A DNA stretch of 64,000 nt from Spongospora subterranea f. sp. subterranea (taxonomy: Eukaryota), in assembly GCA_049724395.1 (NCBI GenBank), contig JAUGWO010000107.1, positions 248,001 to 312,000 of the forward strand, given 5' to 3'. Positions 12,284 through 25,223 of this stretch are shown here, one piece after another; the stretch's first letter is position 1, and each line of letters starts with the position of its first letter. The translations under genes and the position numbers were made by a program. The notes under the pieces were generated by a model. That model worked only from the letters and a program-made list of their open reading frames with translations. It made no database searches and was not told where the DNA came from.

Positions 12284-15200
12284 ATGTCGTACCAATTTAC
12301 CACGAAGACCAATGAAATATTACTTGCCGCGCAGGAGTTGGCTCTCCAGCATCGGCATATTGAACTATCACCCGTGCACATAGCCATGGCGTTGTTCAGC
12401 TCAACGGATGGCGGGATTGCACAAAGCGTTTGTAACCGGATCGGTACTACCACGGCACAGGTATTGATGAATTACGAGGGTCTCACATTTTTCTGTATGT
12501 AATTATATATGATCTAGGTCGTATCGCATCTGGCCCCATTACTCTCCAAACTTCCATCGCAGAGTCCCGGGCCACAGGTTCCAAGCGATGTCAACCTTAG
12601 CAGAGCTGCACAAAAGGCATTGGCTCATGATCAAACCTCTATTTTTTTTCTATTTTTTTAACATTTTTCGTTACGTCAGGTTCTCCAATCCGCCCAAACT
12701 AATCAAAAGTCAAACAAAGATTCCCATTTGAGCGCTGACCACCTACTGATGGGACTTTATGCCGACACATCGGCAGGAGGAGCCCTTGAAAAATCCGGTC
12801 TGCATCAAGATAAAGTAATACTCTTCAGCCATATAATTTCTGAAACATTGATTGATATTTTTAGGTGTCAAACTTATTAACGTCGATTCGAGGATCTTCT
12901 CGCGTGACTGACGCTCATGCAGAAGACTCGTTCGATGCACTGGAAAAATATGGTGTAAATGTCACAAAAATGGCAATGGAGGGGAAATTAGATCCTGTAA
13001 TCGGGAGAGATGAAGAAATTCGCCGAACAGTTCAGGTTTGATTATGTCCTATGGTGCTACTCATGGGGGGCTTGAATAGTGCATTCCAGGTGCTGTGTCG
13101 CCGTACCAAGAACAACCCGGTTTTACTAGGTCAACCAGGTGTCGGCAAAACCGCCATTGCCGAAGGATTGGCTATCAGGTATTGTTATTTGTCAACGCTC
13201 GGAAGCGTCAATTCATGAGCTGTGTAGACTGGCCAATGGCGATGTCCCCACGAATCTTCAGCAGATGTCCTTGATTAGTCTCGATCTTGGTGCTCTGATC
13301 GCAGGCGCATCACATCGTGGAGAGTTTGAACAGCGACTCAAAGCTGTTTTAGCAGAGGTACAGGACTTGTGTCTGTTATCTTGTTGTCTGTACTTATTGT
13401 TTGTTGTTTTCAGATCAAATCTAGCTCCAGGGTAATTTTATTCATAGACGAAATACACCTTCTTCTTGGAGCAGGCCGGGCAGAAGGTGCAATGGATGCC
13501 GCAAATTTGTTGAAACCAATGCTTGCCCGTGGTGAGCTTCGCTGTATCGGTGCCACGGTAATCAGAACCAATATATCATAAATTTCTGTTGGAATTCACC
13601 TTTTTTGTTTAGACACTAGATTGAATATCGAAAATATGTTGAGAAAGATGCAGCTTTTGAACGTAGATTTCAGCAAGTGATGGTGCATGAACCGTCAATT
13701 GAGGCATCTGTCTCTATTTTGCGAGGCATCAAAGACAAGTATACAATTCGAACTTCCTTCTGTATGAAACTAATCAATCCTTTCTTTGTAGATATGAAGC
13801 TCATCATGGTGTGACTATTCTTGACGCCTCTTTGGTTGCTGCTGTACAGTTATCTCATCGATATATCACGTCCCGGTTCTTACCCGATAAAGCTATCGAC
13901 CTTATCGATGAGGTACAGTATGAGAAGATAGTATGCGCGCGATAATTATTTACGATCAAACGAATTAGGCATGCGCAAGCACTCGGGTACAGCTAGACTC
14001 ACAACCTGAAATCATCGATCAACTCGAACGCCGTCAATTGCAACTTGATGTTGAGGCCACGGCGCTGGAGCAGGAAAAAGATGAAGCGAGTCGTCATCGT
14101 TTAGCAATAGTCCAAGCTGAACTTGCAAAGATTGCCGATGAATTGCAGCCGCTGAAGCTCAAGCATCATTCAGGTTTTTAGTGCCACCAAAACTTTGCGC
14201 CTTTTCATCTGATTGTGTGTCAGAGAAATCAAGAGTCGACGAAATCCGAACGTTTCGCCGGAAGTTAGATGAAGTGCATCGTAAAATTGAGCAAGCGGAA
14301 AGAATGAAAGATTTGGCAAAGGTCGCAAACATTTCTGGAACGTATATTGGGCTGCTATAATCTTCTTTTCAGGTTGCAGATCTCCGTTATGGCGCAGTAC
14401 CGGAATTAGAGCGCAAAATTGAGAAGCTTGAAGAAGCTAATCGCAAACGTGAAAGTTCTGGTACGCAGTCGGTGTTACTTCGTTTCAATCCAACTTCTAA
14501 TGCTTTTCCAGAGGATCGCTTGCTTTCTGAAATCGTTCGTCCTCAACAAATTGCAGAAATCGTCAGCAGGTTCGATGCTGTTTGTGGCACACATATTTCG
14601 AGTGCTAATGTTCTCAGGTGGACTGGAATTCCAGTGTCAAACTTGACGCGGACAGAGAGGGAACGGCTTTTGGGGCTTAGTGGAGCCCTGCATCGACGTG
14701 TCGTCGGCCAAGACGAAGCAATAGAAGCAGTTGCAAATGCCGTACTTCGTTCTCGAGCCGGAATGAGCCGTCCAGGGCAACCTCTCGGGTCGTTTCTGCT
14801 TCTCGGTAAAACTTGTAACTTGTCGTTTGTGTTTACGACTAACTTGTTTTAGGGTCAACGGGGACAGGAAAAACCGAACTTGCCAAAGCGTTAAGTGAGC
14901 AGCTGTTTGACGATGAGAAAAATATGATTAGATTGTAATTTTGGTGCATTGGAATTTCTGGAATCTATACTGAGATGCATTCGTAGGGACATGTCAGAGT
15001 ATTCCGAACAACACTCTGGTGCGAGACTTAGTATGTTGCTGTTTAACGCGATTTCAAATATCAATTTCTAACGAATTTCTCCATAGTTGGTGCCCCTCCA
15101 GGGTATGTTGGTCACGATGAAGGCGGTCAGTTGACAGAAGCTGTTCGTCGTCGTCCATTTTCTGTTGTATTGGTAGGCGAGATGTATTCCTGTTGCTGAA

Positions 15201-15884
15201 AGATTCATTGTTTTTTAGCTCGATGAAATCGAGAAAGCGCATCCACAAATATCCAACATCCTTCTCCAAGTCAGTAAACTGTGTACGTTGCCATTTTATG
15301 ATTGACTTCTTGATCAGGTGCTGGATGACGGCCGTCTTACTGATGGCAAAGGACGAACTATCGACTTTTCCAATACCGTCATCATTCTGACATCGAATCT
15401 TGGGTCGCAATATCTCCTGGGCGCAATAGCAAATCCTAGTGATGCTGCAATGAGGGCTGCCAAAGACAAGGTTATGGATTCAGTACGGAAGCATTTCCGG
15501 CCTGAATTTATTAATCGACTTGACGACTGTGTCATCTTCATGCCGCTTCAACCAAGCCACCTAAAAAGGATTGCTGAGATTCAGATATTGCACATCCAAA
15601 ATCGCCTCGACGACAAGCATGTTCAGCTTCAAGTTGACCCATCTGCGATGGAAATGATCTTGCAGAAGGGTTATGATGCCGTTTACGGTGCAAGACCATT
15701 AAAGCGATATTTAGAGAAGAATGTTGTTACGGAAGTTAGCCGTCTGATCATTGGTGGGCAATTGTTGGATTATGGTCGAGTCATTATATCTGCAGACAAG
15801 TCTTCCGACAAACTAATGTTCACATGCGAGAACCCACCTGATGATGGCAACGGATTCATGGAGGTCTGCGCATCGGATATTTAA
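12284..15884 (+). CDS. HSP101: Cytosolic HSP101/Hsp104 (ClpB-type AAA+ disaggregase), about 19 exons
   Basis: Contains a Clp N-domain, [13 protein letters not shown], Walker [16 protein letters not shown], the middle coiled coil, a second Walker [25 protein letters not shown] and [10 protein letters not shown]. One GC-AG intron and one apparent +1 insertion at about 13622. Confidence 0.96.
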
Positions 15885-16657
15885 TCTATAATTTGTAAAA
15901 TAATACAATTTTCCCTATGCTTTCCGAAACAATTGAATACGTCGACTCAGTTTCATAACATCGTTGTTGTTGTATAATGATCATCGATGCTTTTCCGCCT
16001 TCATCAAACAAATCTTTCACACCTTGATAGCCAAACTTAATTGACTCTCCGTCTCTGGCAGTACGCAATAATCGGTCCTGTATGTGAAATTGATTGGTTC
16101 GCCAGGGACCAGTGGCACGTTGGTATTACATCGCTGGCCGGACATGGAAATCTTGTACACGGCGGTCCTTTGCCAATCAATGATACACAAAATAGAGCTG
16201 ATGTTGAATTCTACAGCGGCTCAGTTTACAGCCGGATTCTTCGTCACCTCCCTCATATTTGCAATATTTACAATCTTTGAATTCACTGGTGGCACGCAAG
16301 ATAATCGTTGCGTTTTTGCAACAAAATTCTCGATAACGATGGCAATTGCACTTGTTGTAATAACCGGCATCGGGAGAGCGTCTTTTGCCCGAAAACTATC
16401 TATTTCATCGCTTCCGCACTGAAGGTACTGTATGCATTTCTTTTACTCTTCATCGCCACTGACTCTCGTAATCAGTCGGGGAAAAATTATTGTCAGAGCG
16501 ACTCAAGTTTTAATGTGCATTTTTATTTTGGTGAGTGCTAGTACTGAGTTTGTCTCTACACAAGTTGCATAAAAAACGAAACTTTCCATCAGGCATCTGG
16601 GGTTTTGACAAAAACTATTGAGCGATTCGTGTATTGTTTGGTAAATGTATAATAAAA

Positions 16658-16965
16658 TTACATAACCGTTTCCGATACGAAGGAGAACTCTTTTCCAGCT
16701 GATACTGCCCATTTCGATAACTTGCTGGATAACAATTCTTTATCTACAGTTCCTTTAACAACCAAAGTCTGAGCCCCAACATTCGCATCAAATGAGGTCA
16801 CCCCTTCTGTTTTGCTCAATATCCTTGATATGGCATTTTTGCAGCCGTCGCACTGTGGCATCGATTAGACGTTATCGAAGTAGGAGCCATGGCTGAAAAC
16901 ACGCTCATCTCACTAACCGTCATCCCGACCTTGAATACCATCTCCTTCGGCTGAGGCATCGCCAT
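16658..16965 (-). CDS. ATX1: Copper chaperone (HMA domain), 2 exons
   Basis: Spliced product MAMPQPKEMVFKVGMT|CDGCKNAISRIL... has the MTCxxC metal-binding motif; the intron is GTTAGT..CAG. Confidence 0.9.
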
Positions 16966-17264
16966 TAACGACCAGATTCGATTTTGATTTTTGTGACGAG
17001 AGGTTCAGACTTCAGGGTGATCAGTTGTCACTTAGAATCCATTAAAACTCATCTCTTCAACTGACCGATATAATTATGTCTGGCGGTGCTAGAAAACTCA
17101 TTGAGATGTGATCCGAAATTCGCTATGAATTCAAAGCTGTCCTCTTAGAAGGAGTATTGTTGTTGGGGGTTCGTGGGGCATCGCCATTCTGAGACAGATG
17201 AATTACAAGCTGGGATCTCGAAATGACAAGGAGTTTGTTTATTAAGCTATTGTAAAGGATATTA

Positions 17265-18391
17265 CTACAATTTCGCAAACGGAGGAGGCGCCATAAAATC
17301 TTTGGTTTGTAGTGCAGCTCCATTAAGGCTAAATTGACAGAGAAAATTTGAAAACTATTATCAGTGAAGCAAGGTTATTACGCTGCAATATAGTCAAGAC
17401 CATCTTGAACGCAATGCTCTCTGCTGTAATTCAAAGACTGCTTCGTGGTAGCAACTGCCAGCTATTGAAAAATAAGCGAAAACAGTTGAGAAAAATTGTA
17501 TAGCACGCTTACAGGACTTTTCGATGCAATGGTTCCGGCGAGTTGTAAGGCTTCTTGCAGCACCGCTTCATGGTCGCCATCAATAAGCTTACTGCATAAG
17601 CCGATTCGATAGGCCTCTGACCCTGACAAAGAGTCATATTCCCTATCACGAAAAGTATTGAGACAAACGGACCACTAAATTTTCTGCCAGTAAACGCTGC
17701 TTCCCGGACAAAAGAATGAGATCCTGAAAGGTATCAAAGACCTTAGAGCGATCGCCGTGAGAAGCCATGCGACTCAATACCAATGATTTTGGGAAGTCTT
17801 TGCAAAGTCCCGAGATCAGCAGCCATCGACAAGTGAACCTCCATGATGGAGAAAACAGATTCTGTGGTGCAGATACGAATATCGGCAGCACAAATCAGAT
17901 CCAACGCCCCTCCGAGGCACGCCCCTGGCTCACAGTGAAAATTATAACAAGCGAGTAGGGATTTTGGCAACCGTGAATCGCGGCAATAACTGGAAATCGT
18001 GATGATTCCAGTTGGGAAAAAGAGTTTTGCATAAGTTTGAGAGATAGTTGAATAGTTGCAGCTCTTCTACCGACATCTTCTGTGTTGCCAAGAATCTTGT
18101 CGAGAGAAAACTCTTTCACTGCAATTTAAGAATCAGTTTATAGGCGATACGTGCTTCTTCAAAATATTGACCGTCTAGGCCAGCAGAAAAATGTATCCCT
18201 TTTGCTGCTAACACGACAACTCTTGCATCGGTTTGATTGTTAAGATAATCCATAGCAGCAGACAAGTCGCTCCAAAAAAAGTCCCCCATGGAGTTCAGTC
18301 GCTTCGGGCAATTAAGCCAAAGAATAGAAACGGTATCAGAGACCGGTTCAACCGCAAAAGCCCCATTCTTATACGGATATGGTGAATCCAT
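17265..18391 (-). CDS. ECH1: Delta(3,5)-Delta(2,4)-dienoyl-CoA isomerase (crotonase family), peroxisomal; multi-exon
   Basis: Motifs HFSAGLD, PVIAAIHG/ACLGGALDLICAADIR and AADLGTLQRLPKIIG. The spliced C-terminus ends PPFAKL*, a PTS1 tripeptide. Confidence 0.88.
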
Positions 18392-19104
18392 AACGATATT
18401 GTTTAGTTTGAGGTTGTTCTCTTGATATTACAGTACCGTATGATGTTATCCACAAATCGCCAAACCACTTACCACTTTTACCCCCCTTTTTCATCAAATA
18501 GAAGGCTGCGCCCTTGATGTCCAAATACGGTTTTAGTTGGCACAGTACCAACTACCAACCCACGCACTTTTTCTATATAAATGCAAAGTACACAGTACTT
18601 ACGTACCAACCCAAGAAATGCTACCAACCCACGCAATTTCCGGAATGACTCTCGATTCACGAACGGAGGAACCCGCTTTCGCCTATATGTATCACTGTCT
18701 AACCATGAGCGAGCCACAGTTGTTTGTGTTACACATGAGCTGGCTTTTACTAGGGATTCAACGAGGATCAAGTTGAATGGCTCATAAACTTTTGAGCAAT
18801 GTCAAACTGGGGTGATACAAGCCGGACTCTTACCATAGGAGCCCCGTTGACTAGCGTGAATGTCGGATGAACAAGAAAAGCGTTTTCTTGCGTATAAAAC
18901 ATTGTCAGTTTTCATCATGTTGAATAGTGCGACAAGTCTTCATCGTATAGTTCAAGAATCGTTGGTCAATTCGATTGTGTCGACGTCCAATGTAATGACG
19001 CAGTTCTGGTATTGGATACTTCTGCAAAAACGATGATCGTACACCTTAACGAGGCTGCCTGTGGTAAGAGTTCGTCTTGTAGTACCCCAGTTTGCCATTG
19101 ATTG

Positions 19105-19271
19105 AAAACACGTCAAACATGACATTACATGTCCTTGATGCATTTGGCCAGACTAGGCGAGCCGACAAACCAAAGATCTGTTCCAGTGTACCACCAAAGG
19201 CGGAGGTACTCAACATCGCCCAGTCAGATTAAATGCATCAAGGACATGTACTGTCATATTTGACTTGTTTT
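19105..19271. repeat. Long inverted repeat / foldback (MITE-like)
   Basis: 19105-19145 is the reverse complement of 19231-19271 with 3 mismatches in 41 bp. Pairing extends inward (gactaggcga / tcgcccagtc). Confidence 0.85.
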
Positions 19272-19603
19272 TTGGAACTGGTTTTGACATTTTCCTTAAT
19301 ACCAGATTAATAAATCAATTTGTCATTTATCAGAATTGTTTTCTGGGAACCATTTGTACCCGGCTGTAGTTCATTATCAGTATGGTGCAATGCAGGTAAT
19401 ATTTCTCACACATGATGGCGTCTGTTATGGAACATCTGATAATGAATGCTGCATGAGTGAGGTTTTGCGGTATAAAAAGGTTAATTTAAAGACATACAAT
19501 CGCTTCACAGCATTGTTTGCAAGAGAGGTATATTAATGTTTGTGACCGACACTCGCCCAGAACAGGATTACTTTACGAGCTGGAAACTGTCTGCTAAAAC
19601 ATT

Positions 19604-19967
19604 AAAGGCACCTGGATGACATGAGATCTTCAAGCTTTGTATTTTGGAGGCCGTGGTCATGTAGTTTGAGATTTGAAAACAACTCCATTCGAAGGTCTGA
19701 AATTGACTGGTTCGCCAGCACGACCGCATCAGAGCGTGGCTGACACATAACAAGCCCGTCAACCAGAACTGGGTAATCTACAAATCCCTTGTGAGATCGC
19801 TAATAGTGGGACGCGATAGCTTCATGGTTTTTGAAAGTACGGCGATCTACCGCGTGGCACAGCATGCAGTAAAGCACGTTCAACTGAGGACGATTCGTGT
19901 GCTCGTTCCCGCCTCCGCAGCAGAATGGCCTGTCCCCGTATATATAATCCTACCAGAGATAGGACAT
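19604..19967 (-). pseudogene. Zinc-finger-containing pseudogene or transposon ORF remnant
   Basis: One frame reads MSYLW*DYIYGDRPFCC...YCMLCHAVDRRTFKNHEAIASHY*RSHKGFVDYPVLVDG..., a C2H2/BED-like finger interrupted by two in-frame TAG stops. Confidence 0.4.
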
Positions 19968-20277
19968 AATACTCTGTTCGATAGGATCGAGGCCGGGATG
20001 ACCGCCGTTTAATCGTTGGCGCGGTGCGACCCCATCACGAGACTGGAAAAACGGACTGAAAAAAGTGAAATCTTTTGTCGTTCCGGGCGCAGCCTATTGC
20101 GCAAGCACCGTCGGGATTGAATGGGCCGCGCGCAGTTTTGGAACCGTTGAAACCCCGCCGTAACGCCATTTATTGGTAGACTGGCTGGCTGGCAGGTTGC
20201 GCCAAATAGGCTCTCACCGCGCGTGCCCATTAGCTCAGTATTGATCATGATCAATATAGCTCAGATATCGCATTATC

Positions 20278-22273
20278 ATGGACTGTGCTCGGCTAGTTGA
20301 CGGCTGTTCGAAACTATCAAACCTGTTGAGCGGGGACGATAAAACCGTTATTGTCAAAGGTGCGCATAAAATATGTCTTTTCGAGATTGACAAAGGGTTT
20401 ACTGAACCCAATCAGGTATTAGTCGCGCACTGCCTCGTCATATTTTCTGAAACAATAAATATATTAGGTTTGTTGTGACGACGATTATATTGTAGGTGCA
20501 AACTGTGTAGGCAGTCACCTCATTGTTGCCACTGCAACCCAATTAAAAGTCTACTGTCGTGCGACTCGAGCATTTCTAACATCATGTCGTGTTTACTCTG
20601 CTAAACACCTGGCTTTGTTTGGGAAAAATGATAAATACTCACTTGTAGTTGTTGGTATGTTGATGAAATGTATGAGATGTCAGCTCTAATGAGTATCATT
20701 TCAAGGAACTGCTAATGGTGTTATTTGCTGTCTTGTGAACGGAACAGAGATCGAACATTTAGATCATGTTTATCGGTCTTTCTCCATTACAGCGCTTGCC
20801 TTTTCTAAAGATGGAAAATTTCTCGTAGGGTTTTGACCAAATAGTCCATGTCTGACCAATGCTAAACGGTCCCCATTCCTCCCAGGTTTGTGCCGCGTTG
20901 GATGGGCACACTGCAGTTTGGGCAGTTAATCAAGACCGAAATACTATTTCGCAGTATTGGATTGGCGTAGTCCCATCCGCTGTTGATCGTGTCGTCGCAA
21001 TGCAGTTTGGATACAAGTCGGTTGATGGTTCGGAGTTGAATTCGCGAGTGGCGATCACTTCCTGGAATGGGCAGTTATTCATGCTTGATAACAATCAGGA
21101 TACCACGATGTGGAAGTTTAGTGAAGTGTGTGCCGACTCTACTTTATGCCCAACGTCGGTTCCTCTTTTGGCATGGTCTCCTAACGGCTCTTTTATTGCC
21201 GTTGTGGCAAGCGACGGTGTATCAGTAAATATCAAAGGCATCAATACCGTTGGCATCCTTACCTGCTTAAAGTACAATACAGCTGTTCGTGGCTTACGCA
21301 CGTGCGGTCAACATCTGTTGATATTCGAAAGGACTTTGCGTTGTCATACCTGTCAGTAGTACCCAAGAGTTTTTTCTCATCGACTGATTGTATTGTAGGG
21401 AAATGGCCTCCGATTTGCAGTTTCTTGATCAAAGATGTTATAAAAACCTCTTTTTTAAGCAGCAGTCAATATGTGTTGCGTGTAAAAGTTGAAAATTCTA
21501 CTTGTCAGCTACCGGATCAACTTCTTTTCAGTGACTGCCCCCTGGAGCTTACCGTTATTAAAGGTGGCCAGGCAACCGTTGTTGATGCCAATTTTTTACC
21601 GGTCGCAGCGGTTTTTGATTGTTTCAATTATACACTTATTGCTGGAATTAATTCGTTTTCGCTGGTCAATGGTCGCACAATCTTCATCTGCCAAAACCTA
21701 AAAGATTGGAGTGCTGTTTACCATGATCACGATGTTATAAGATCATGCTTCTGTTCGTCGTCCGACATTCTCGTATCACTCTGTTATAATGATGATCACA
21801 ATCTTATCGTTTCAGTCTGGCGGTCAGCGTGTGGTTCAGGCTACATTTACCAAGGATCTCATCTCATTATGGCGGACAGTCGATTATTCTCTGTCGTTAA
21901 CATCGTTGGCGACCAATCGTCAAATCATGCAGAAGCCGTGATCCAACTGAATGGTTCAAACAACGTTGCTCATTTGTGGATGTGTTCTATTGGTGAATCA
22001 GATATCGGCATTGAACGATATCAAGTCACGCTTCAAACTTTTTCCTCTGTAAGGCCCAGAGTCTGCTTTTTGAGAGCGGGTGTTGTCGTAATTGCGGAGG
22101 AAGATGATCTAAATCGGGCAATTTCTATGCAATGGTATGCACCTACCCTGTCTTTATTTTCATCGAAATTCGCTACCGCGGTTAATCAGGATTTCGAAAG
22201 CCAAATGCCGAAGGAATTCTTTAATATTTGCCGCAATCGTCTTGAAAAAGTGTATTACGAATTGATAAAATAA
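20278..22273 (+). CDS. WD40/beta-propeller repeat protein, multi-exon
   Basis: Blade motifs ITALAFSKDGKFL|VCAALDGHTAVW, VAITSWNGQLFML and LAWSPNGSFIAVVASDG. The frame change near 21330 needs either an intron or an indel. Confidence 0.7.
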
Positions 22274-22290
22274 TTAAAAATGTCTGAACT

Positions 22291-24537
22291 CTATTCGACA
22301 GATGCAGAATATATGATTTTTTCGCATATATCCATAACAATATCAGGAGGCAGACCGGCAGGGCATCGTTCCGCATTCGACAGTATTCGTTGAACGCCGT
22401 CAATGGGCATGGTCAGTAACGCTACGGCGGCAGTCATCATCGGCATTGCTGCGCCAGGAGCGTCAGTGAACGAGCGAAAAAGAAGTAGAATTGCGTTGAA
22501 ATCGAAATGCAACTGTCCGACGACAGCTGACGTCAAATACTTTCCTCGAATTGTGCCTTCAAACATAATCTTGTCTATTCCTTTGGCAACATCAATCCAA
22601 AATGTGTGGAGGTGTTGATCGGAACAGTGAGCAGCGGCCAGATTCAGTGAAGCACTCAAGGTCGAAAGAGCATCGCAAAGCGAAGTTGAGATCATCATTT
22701 GGCCGGATGGGTTCTGCATGATACTGTGCAATGTGTGACTACGATTAATGTATAAAGACGCCGCAAGCTGGAAAGCTTTCAGGACCACATTGACTAAGGC
22801 ATCAAGGAAATCTCCAACAATTACATCAATGCGGTTGCATTCTTCGGAAAAAAATGAATCATCAATAGAGGTTTCGAACGATGGGATATTCAGCAAATCG
22901 GCTGATGTCAGTGAACCACGGTTTGGCAGGTCCTGGTTGCCCCGAATAAACTGCAGCTCGACAAAAATCAACTGATCCGACCATTCTTCAATAACTGATC
23001 GTACACAATGGAGTGAGTTAATGATGCCAATATACGATGACCAATCTTCAGCAGCTGTTGACGAGGTCCGAATTCCACCAGCAGATATATCTTTGAGGCA
23101 AACTTCAAGCAACGTCTCGCACTCTCGAGTGTAAACAGCGAGAAGAGAGGATTGTAAAGATGCAAACTCAAGTCTATGTAATAAAAGAGGTAGCTTGCTG
23201 ATAGTATTATTGGTCATCTGATACAGCGTGGACAGAAGGGCATCGGATGAATTGGTTGTAACTCGACCCGAAGGAATGCGATCCAAGAGCACCCAAGGAG
23301 ATGGCAAAGAATGCAGTATATACTGCAAATGAGCATTGGCTGCATCTCTTTCAACAGCTAGTAGAACGGATCGCATAGCTGGTTTCGTTAATACGTCAGC
23401 AATGGATGGATCGAAACTTAAAACGTGTTTAACGCAATGACTAAATAAGGCCATGTTGTTTTGCGAAACGAGTTCTTTCAACAAAACGACGAGTTTCAAC
23501 CGTAACGGAGACAGCAGTCTGTCAATAAAGGCTTGTGAAATCCCTGATCTCGAATGAATCAGTATTCCTAAGGCAGGGACATGCTGGGAAATGCATCGTG
23601 CCATAAACCCTAAGAACCATTCTGGCTAACACATTGTCATGTCAGATGGACGATGAATTGATTACAAGAAATATACCTTATCAGGTCGATTTGTCGCACT
23701 TGCCTCTTTTCCGAAATGGAATTTGAAACGAGTGACAATAGGATCAGCGAGCATCGGAAGTAGCCAGCAGTTTTGCGGCAGCCATCCCGGTTCAACGCTG
23801 TCCTGAAGATTGCACAGGGAATTTAAAGCGGACGAAACTCGTGACTTTAGCGATTCATTGTCCAAACGAAGCTCGGAGCCAGCTTGAACGCACGGCCAGT
23901 GGATTTCACGAAGCAGCTGAGCACATGCTTTTTCAAGATGAAACCGCCAACGAGTGACGACCGACGTCAGACACGACACAGCCCAAGAGTGGGCCAATGA
24001 AAATTCTGAAAGAGATTCAGTTGTTTCCCCTCGTAGGGTGACAAGCAACGCTGTATCCCGAAATAACAGTTCCAATGACTCGATCGAAAACGGTGCATCC
24101 CGTTCAGCATCGAATCGACGAAGGTTTTCTCCAAAAGATCTCGATGCATCTCGGATCTGAACGACCGCCTGTAAATACAAACGGACAGCTATAATGCTTT
24201 GAAGGGCCTGCCAAACCGTCAGTTCCATGCCTAACCATAGCACAATACGCAGTACATGAAGTGCATGTTGCGCTCGAGGGCGCATGCTTTCGCTCTGATT
24301 ACACGCCTTATTGGCGACAGACAGCAGGCCAGATCCCATATTCTGAAGGGATTGTACTTGCTCATGGATACCAACCCAATCCTTAGACCGAAAATTCACG
24401 AACGACGAGTGAATTTCATCCGCCCTTGAGCGCAGGCTCGCCTGCGAATATCCAGCATTTAACAGGGATGATAAAGGCAAGCGCTCCCCGTTCCACGACG
24501 AGATGATCCGCTGCAGCTGATCCGCATCATCACCCAT
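22291..24537 (-). CDS. RINT1: RINT1/TIP20 family tethering factor (Dsl1/NRZ complex)
   Basis: PIVTRFKFHF..ATNRPDK|PEWFL, a long helical region and GQLHFDFNAI are characteristic of the RINT1/TIP20 domain. Intron near 23620-23676. Confidence 0.85.
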
Positions 24538-25223
24538 TCATGCCGATTTCTGTCTGGGCCTCATAGAATAGCCGCACTCCGAGCACACGAACGGGAGCGC
24601 GGCCAGATAAAGGCCTTATCTGGTATGGTGTATATGGTATACAAAGGTTGGCGGGTTCTTATGGGTTCAGTAATCCTGTGTCCTACCAGGCTTTCCCTAC
24701 TTCCGCCTGGCCGCTACCTAGCTTGGGTATTCACTGAAGGAACCTATTAGACCAGCTGGATTCACCCCCATAACCTGTCCTAACGACCACACCGAATGGG
24801 ATTTGCCCCCACCTGATTACATTGCCTATCCAGAGTTATCGAGTTTACTGCAAGCAGCTCGCTCTCCCACATTCATCAGAGGCCACGTGGTCAGACAGGC
24901 CCTATCTGATGACATCTCCAGACGCGCGTCAGCAAACGGTACTGCGAATTATGTTGGAGTTTCATCTCGTGGTGTTTATATAAGTGGAATAGTTAATATT
25001 ACAATGCTTCGGTAATACTACTGACCAGAATGGAACTGTTCAACGCTATAGCAAGAAGGTGATCGATTGTAAACCGGGACCGTATTTCCCGATATTAATG
25101 AGTCGGACGATATTCGCATCACCTGTTCCAGCTCCGATTCGGTGCTAAACATATGGCCGGGAAAGCAAATTCCGGCGATTCCGAAGTATCCTCCGTTATG
25201 GTTATCACTAGTAATCCGAGAGT

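Noticed and set aside
15900..16560. Gene between HSP101 and ATX1, including a Cys-rich minus-strand frame
   Set aside because: No consistent start, splice model or recognisable domain.
19604..19967. TAG codon reassignment
   Set aside because: Conserved genes here terminate with TAG (for example ECH1 after PTS1 AKL, and PEPD), and none needs internal TAG readthrough.
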